64,000 nucleotides of DNA from NCBI GenBank assembly GCA_964016885.1, contig OZ024743.1, positions 23,994,001 through 24,058,000 on the forward strand, in the 5' to 3' direction. Source of the stretch: Eledone cirrhosa. Lineage: Eukaryota. The translations under genes and the position numbers were made by a program. The notes beneath the pieces are model-generated. The model was given only the letters and a program-made list of their open reading frames with translations. It had not been told where the DNA came from and did not search any database. Positions 23,490-64,000 of the stretch are shown piece by piece. Each line of letters starts with the position of its first letter. Within the stretch, counting starts at the first letter, position 1.

Positions 23490-24500
23490 AGGCTTCAACC
23501 AGAGACCTAAGGCATGTATACATTAGATGAAGAGAAACTTCAGGGGAAGGTGAACAGTTGAAGTCAACACAAGTTTTTGAATCACGTAGATTGTTATCTT
23601 TCCTGGGATCTGGTCAGTGTCATTCTTGATCATTCCCAGGGCACCTACAACAACAGGGATGACTTTGATTTTTAATTACAACATTTTAGATATCTCAATC
23701 TGAAGGTCCTTGTATTTAGATAGCTTCTGAAATTCTTTGCTCAGATGTTTCTATCAGTAGGCACCGTCATATCAATTACAGGTATGTTTTTGTCATAGGT
23801 CTTTGATGATGATGGCCTGTTAATATTTAGTTGCCTGCCTGTATGTATCCCATAATCCCATAGGATGGTAATGTTTTCTCCTTCTTTGACACACTGTGGA
23901 TGGTGTTCATACCAGTTCTTAGGGTGTGGGATATAGTGATGGCATATGCTCCAGTGCAAGTATTACCCAACTCGATCATGCCTGGTTTTAAATTCTGTAG
24001 GAGCAAGGACTGAGCAAATGGCAACAGTGTGGTCAATGTGCTCTCAAGTTTGTCATCACAGAGTCTGTTCTTTGTGCATGCCACATTGTGCAAGGCATTA
24101 GCTTGATAGTTTCAGATGAGGAGACTCTATTAGGATAAATCCTTCTGTTTTAGCTTTCAAACTAGTGCTTTGCAACCACTGATGGGTTCTTTTTATATGT
24201 ACATCAGCTTCCACAGCTCATTTGGAGTGGTTTTACAATGGGTTTTATTGTCACAGTCTTGAGATTTCTTTCAAGCTTTCCTGTTTAGCTTTTTAGGTGG
24301 CATGTTCTCGTTATTATCATGATCAGGAGGTTAAGATCTTGTCTCTATTTATATCTCCTTCGAGATTGAGTGCAGTTCCTTACCCTGTTCATGTTGTCCT
24401 ATCAACTGTATCATCCAATTGGTGTTACTTTGGATGTACATTTGGAGTCCCATCATGGTTATTTTATAGGATGCTTAAAGTTGGATTAGGTCTCTAGAAA
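23490..24500 (-). mobile_element. degraded R4/Dong-like non-LTR retrotransposon (restriction-like endonuclease end)
   Basis: CRLC-like region, RHDRV, HWSICHHY, WYEHHP, ILWDY.I.T, IDMTVPTDRN, KEFQKLSKYKDLQIEI, IPVVVGALG. Confidence 0.75.
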
Positions 24501-24519
24501 AGGTGTCATATCCAATAGC

Positions 24520-26360
24520 AGGCATAGTAGCATCATTGTAAATTACAAGGGTAAAGGAGACACATTAGAGTGAGGCAATTACAGAGGAATCAGATTGTTA
24601 GATCAAGTTATGAAGGTTACAGAAAGAGTGATATCAAAGTTGATTAGGGATAGAATTAATTTTGATAAGATGCTGTTTAACTTTATGCCAAGATGAAGCA
24701 CTGCTGTCATCTTCCTGGTGTGACAAATGCAGAAATACTTAACTAAGAATAAACCCCTATACTTAGCATTTGTTGATCAGGAAAAAGCCTTTTTAGTGTG
24801 TGCTGTCAGACCCAGGATTATTTACTTGAGTAAATATCACCAGAATCTAACTACTAATTTTTATACAGAAAAGGATAAGATATATTTACAAAACACCATA
24901 TCAAATACAAGTCTTCATTTTATTGTAACTCCGTTATAATTGTGGTACACAAATATCCTCGCACATATTTAGGTATAGTCCAAGCCCGTGGTTAACATGT
25001 TCATCTTCTGTGTTGTCGGTTCGAAGGAAAGCGCCAAAGAGAGAGTATACCTTCGCCGTAAACGCGCCTGGCCGAAGGCCAGGCAGCCAAAAGGTGAAAA
25101 GAGGGTAATTGATTTTGGTTGACACTATTTATATCCTTTTTACCGGAAGTTACAAGAAGGTTCTAGAATTTCCACGGGAAGTAATTCCAGCTATTTCCCT
25201 TGTCTAGAGAGGGCTACACCTTTGATAGAATCCCATGCTGTATAATCTGGTGGGTACTCAGGAAGCTGGAGATAGTTGAATGGCTTGTGAATGATGTACA
25301 ACCCATGTACAGAGGTGCAGTCAGCAGGGTGAGGGTTAAGAATAAGTACAGTGATGAATTTAACATGTAGGCAGGTGTCTACCAAAGATCAGTTCTCAGC
25401 CCTTTTATGTTCATTATGGTCTTCTATGCTATAACAGAGGAATTCATGGGAACTCGTGTATTTTGATAATATAGCCCTCATAGCAGAAATGCCATCAAAT
25501 AAATGACCATACTCAATTTGCCAGAAAAGAATAAGTAGAAACTCCATACAGTGCACTCAGTGTAGGCAGTGAATGCACAAAAGATGTAACAGGATCACAG
25601 GTAGGTTGAGAAAGTAAACTTCATATGTGGCTAGTGCACTCAATAAGTCAACTGTAAGAGTATTCTGCAAATGAACACCCTCATATGCTTGGAACGCTCA
25701 CTAGAAGTTGATAACTTTTGCTATCTAGAAGACCTTATTAGTGATTGAGGTGGATGTACTGAAAGTGTTGTAGCTTGATAGAGAATAGGGTGGAAGAGGT
25801 CCAGGGAGCTGTTACCTCTGCTGGCAACAAAAGGCTTCTTTATTAGACTGAAGGGCAGATTATATGATGCTTGTGTTCAAACTGCTATGCTGCATGACAG
25901 CGAGACATGGGCCCTGAGTACAGAAGATCTGTGATGGCAGAAAAGGAATGAATCATGCATGCTTCATTGGATGTGTAATGTTAACGAGTGGGGGAAGACA
26001 CCCGCACAAGTGTGTAGATGGAGAGGTCCATTATTTTGAAGGAGACCAAAGTTTTGTAAGCTTATGAAAATAATGACTGTACAGAAATGTTTTCATTACT
26101 TATTGATCATACCTTGTACATGAATTATAGAAGTCTGAGAAAAACTGAGAATAAGAAAAATTAAATGTAGCAGGCAATAGAGATGATTGCACTTGTATGG
26201 TCATGTGATGCATAAGGGGGTGAGAGTTGTATAAAAAGGTGCTGAGCACTTAAAGTGGATGGAACCTGTGGATGACGAAGACCAAGGAAGACATGGGATG
26301 AAGTTTGTAAAGAATGACCTCAAGAAACTGAACCTCATGAAGAAGACGAAACAGGACTAA
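24520..26360 (+). mobile_element. old RTE LINE relic (intergenic) interrupted by a probable solo LTR
   Basis: KYLTKNKPLYLAFVDQEKAF|insert|DRIP..IIWW, GRLYDACVQTAMLHDSETW, RPRKTWDEV. Confidence 0.75.
24792..25218 (-). mobile_element. probable solo LTR (~427 bp)
   Basis: Cleanly splits the RTE codons EKAF/DRIP; CCTT(T) direct repeat on both sides; ends T(T)TAG...CTACA; minus-strand TATAAA (~25130) upstream of AATAAA (~24920). Confidence 0.6.
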
Positions 26361-26604
26361 GCTGTATTCTGAATGGGGAGGATAAATGTGCATAGTCTCA
26401 AGTCACTTGGAAGCAAGGCCATTTAGTCAATGACCAACTGTAGATGTGGCAGCCATTAACATAACCAAGGCTTCCTTGGTGCCAGTACCCATGCCATGCC
26501 CATCTTCAAGATGAAAAATAAACCTCATTTGGTCACATTCCATGAGAGTATCTTGGTCAGCCTATGAACTTTTCAGCCGAACCTCATGTGTGTGTGTATC
26601 AGCA

Positions 26605-27845
26605 TCATTATCATCATCATTACCATTTTATGTCTATTTTTCCATGCGTGCATGGGTTAGACAGGTCGTCCACATCATGAGACATATCTGGCCAGCTGGC
26701 CACACCCTACATTTCTCAGACAGAACTGTATTTTTACAGTTGGATGCTCTTCCTAACACCCACCACATTTACAGTGTGGAACTGGGTGGTCCAGTTATGA
26801 GACAAGTCTAGTCAGGTGGCCACGCCGTACCTTGCATAAGCTGGGACTGTGTGTTAGCTGGATGGCACCATTATGAGGAGGGTCTGGCTAGTTGGTCGCA
26901 CAGTACCTTGCTCACAGCTGGACTATATTTTGGGATCTGGGTGGTCCCATTATGAGGGATGTTTGGTCAGTTGGCCACACTATGCCTTGTTCATCATGGG
27001 GCCGTGTTTAGGCTAGGTTTTAACAACTGCTGGCCAGTTGGCCATGCTGTACCCTACACACAGTGAAACCATAATTTGGGAGGTGTGGGGTCCCATTGTG
27101 TGGGCGGTCTGGCCAGTTGGCCACACTATGCCTTGCTCATAGAGGGGCCATGTTACTGGGTGGTCCTGATGGAACTGAGTGGCACCGTTGTGAGGAGGGT
27201 CTGGTTAGCTGGCTATGCCGTACCCTATTCACCGTAATTTAGGAGTTGGGTGGTCACATTATAAAGGTCTGGCCAGTTGGCCATGCTATGCTTTGTGCGC
27301 ACAGGCCACATTTATGGTGTGGGCTGAGCTGGGCTGGGTTGTTGATTCGGGTCTTTTGTTGTATGTTGTAGCGCCAGAGGTCTCGGTCCTGTGTCATCTA
27401 CATTGAGAGTTTCAGCTGAGCCAGGTCAGCCTTTATTGTTACATCCTATGTCTTCCTCTTTCAAAGCACCCAACAATCTCGAGCACCCTGCACCTTTTTA
27501 TATAACTGTCATCCTTCATGTCCATACTACTGCAGTTTTCTCTCCTGCACACATCATTTGATCCCTCTAATGCCCAGTTTCACTCTCAATTCATGCACAC
27601 TACTGTCACACATCCTTCGAAACATGCAGGTTTCATTTCTTTCCAATCTCTGTAGATCTTCAGTATGCAGTATCCATGTATCATTGCTGTGCACACACAG
27701 GCATTGTACAGCTCACCTTTTATGTTAAGTGAGAGACCTTTTGTAGCTAGCAACGGCAGTAGTTCCCTGAACTTTTATCTTGAGTGAGAGACCTTTTGTA
27801 GATAGTGGCAGTAGCTCCCTGAACTTCTTCCATCTTGTTCTTTTG
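26605..27845 (-). mobile_element. old RTE LINE 3' relic with a minisatellite-like expansion in its 3' UTR (~26770-27330)
   Basis: Decayed RTE C-terminus at 27400-27845, shared 3' UTR core and (CAT)n tail; repeated ggtctggccagttggccac units. Confidence 0.7.
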
Positions 27846-28590
27846 ATACATGATCATAGCTTTCATCTTTCACCTGCTACCTTTATTTATTTAAATGTAT
27901 TATGATTATTAACTTTTGATTTTACTTTAAATTCAATTTTAACTTACTTAGTTCTAATCAAATATTAATGGTATCAGCAACATCAGCATCAGAATCCTTT
28001 GACATTTAGTTACTCAGCTAGCAAAGGTTGGAGAGGCTGTCATAATATTCAAGCAAAGCTCTGACTTCTCAGATGGACGCCTGCATCTCACTTACATATG
28101 TTCCCACACTTTATCAAGTGCTCAGGTAGACCTGAGGCCTGCATCTTGCTTACATACATTCCTGCAAGTGCATTTTATCATGGCACCAACACTAAGGAGA
28201 TTGTCATGTCTTTGATACAGCTGAAGAGTTCTCTCAACTCTGTTTACTGATAAACACACTCATTCATAGATTAACTAATAAAATCAATTAGCAACATATA
28301 ATTTATTTATTTCAATGAAAAATAAAATAATTATAACAATTGTTTGGCACAAGGCCAGCATTTTCAAGGGAAGGGGAAAGCCGATTAAATTGACCCCAGT
28401 TTGTTACTGGTACTTTATGTTATCGGCCCTGTAAGGATGAAAGGCAAAGCTTACCTTGGCGGGATTTGAACTTAGAATGTAAAGGGCTGTAACTCTATGC
28501 CATAAAGCATGTTGTCCTATGCTCTACCAATACTGCCAATACTTTGAATAATTATAATAATCAGATTTCTCTTTGCATTTGTAATCTTAT

Positions 28591-62412
<33,822 letters not shown>

Positions 62413-64000
62413 CTGCAAAACAGTTGAAAAAAGAAAAAGATGAAAAGAAAAAAAAATACTGTCATATTAACCCTTAAGTATTTAAACCGGCTGTAACCAA
62501 CCAGAATTCTCTCATCTCTTTCTGTTCAAACTGGCTGTAACTGGCTGCTTATACTGATGCTAAGGTATTGTTCTCAAAATAAATAACATAAAAAAATCTC
62601 ATAGATTTGATATTATGTGAGATATAGCCTTTACCACAAAAATACAATAGTATATATAGAGTAACATAAATGCTAAAGGGATAAACATTACAAGCAATCC
62701 AAAGGAAAAGTTGTAGTTTAGACAAATGTAATTACCATGAGGAAAGAGAAGGCAAAGATTAATATGAGAAAGGGCACCATGATAAAATGCACCCTGCCTA
62801 CTTTGTAAAGTGGTTGTGCTGGTTTCACAACGAAAAGCACCCAGCCCATACTATAAGGTGGCAGTGGTGGTGCCAAGATAAAAAGCACCAAATCCACAAT
62901 ATAAGGTGGTACTGGCCTGAGACACAATAAAATGATTCCAGTACATGCTATAAATTGGCTGACATTAGGAAGCACATCCAGTCATAGAAACCAAATCAAA
63001 AAGGGAGCATACAAGCAGGATGTAGTCGCTTGACCTGTCTGACCTCAGTCAGTAACAGCCTGTCTAATCTATGCAATCATGGGAAATAGACATGAAACAG
63101 TGATGATAACTGATGATGTGTTGGATGACAATAAGACAAGAGGAAGTAATGGATGAGAGAGAGAGTGTGTGTGTGTATATGTGTAATAAAAATGGTTGGT
63201 GGCAGGGAGACATAATGAGAATATAATGAGTGGGAGAGACCCAAATGTAGATAAGATATATGTCAACCTCTATCACCACTATCATCACCATCATTTTTAC
63301 ACCTGTTTTACCATGCTTCACGGGTTGGCTGGAATACCTCCAGCACCACATTTCACCATGTACTATACATGCACCTTTGATGAGTTGTAGTGCACCTGAG
63401 CACTGTACACAATAATTTCATTATTATTATTATTACCACTTGTCAGTTCTTTGTCATTTCCTTTATGTGATTCAACCTCTTGAGATTATCTTATGTCACT
63501 CTTTCCTGTGTCTTCCTTGATGTAACTCTTCTGCAGGTTTCATTCACTTGGAGTGTTCAGCCCTTCTTTATATAACCGACATCCTCCTTATGCATCACAT
63601 CCTCTATTATATTATATCCAGCCTTTCTCCCATTCATGTAACACTAACACATCTAGCAGAGTATGTTTACTTCTTTTCTTTACAAATCCTATGCATTCAA
63701 GCTCCATATCACACTATCATGTAGCATTGCACTTTGTACAAAAGCATCATGAGAGACAAACACTTTGTTTTTAGCTCTCTGAAATTTTTGTCTGTCTACA
63801 TTTATCTTACAGACATCAGGCATCAACCTGTAAAAGTTTAAGCTGAACTTTAGCCATGTCAACATTTCATCCTAGGTTAGTTAACAATTCAAATGATGAT
63901 AATAATTTCTAACATAACCGCAAGGATTGAAGTCGTTTATTTGGTGAGTGTTTGGGGATAGCTGCATATATCAACCCCAATACTTCATTGGTACTTATTT

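Noticed and set aside
26770-27330. CRISPR-like repeat-spacer array
   Set aside because: Eukaryotic context; the units are degenerate tandem copies without unique spacers and lie inside an RTE 3' UTR.

Overview
AT-rich, repeat-dense animal genomic DNA. The SINE/RTE repeat landscape suggests a cephalopod, probably an octopus (inference). The window holds two convergent intron-rich genes. (1) On the + strand, the last 9 coding exons (2189-21931, 543 aa) of a JAK-type tandem pseudokinase + tyrosine kinase, whose catalytic loop reads HLD instead of HRD. (2) On the - strand, 22 coding exons (62412-28591, about 1229 aa, only the extreme N-terminus outside the window) of the Ski2/SKIV2L RNA helicase, including one inferred GC-AG intron. 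Introns and the intergenic gap are filled with transposons: a young, nearly intact RTE-clade LINE (APE-RT with a C4HC3 PHD-like finger inside the RT), an independent 5'-truncated sister insertion, older RTE, CR1, Tx1 and R4/Dong relics, a probable solo LTR, nine piggyBac-type MITEs, hAT and mariner derivatives, and tRNA-derived SINEs. The most notable observations are the RT-embedded PHD finger, a minimal hammerhead-ribozyme motif on the SKIV2L sense strand, three near-perfect ~30-bp fold-back hairpins that arose inside unrelated repeats, the non-RD JAK, and three-level transposon nesting. Exon boundaries were read by eye from splice signals and frame continuity; no database searches were run.
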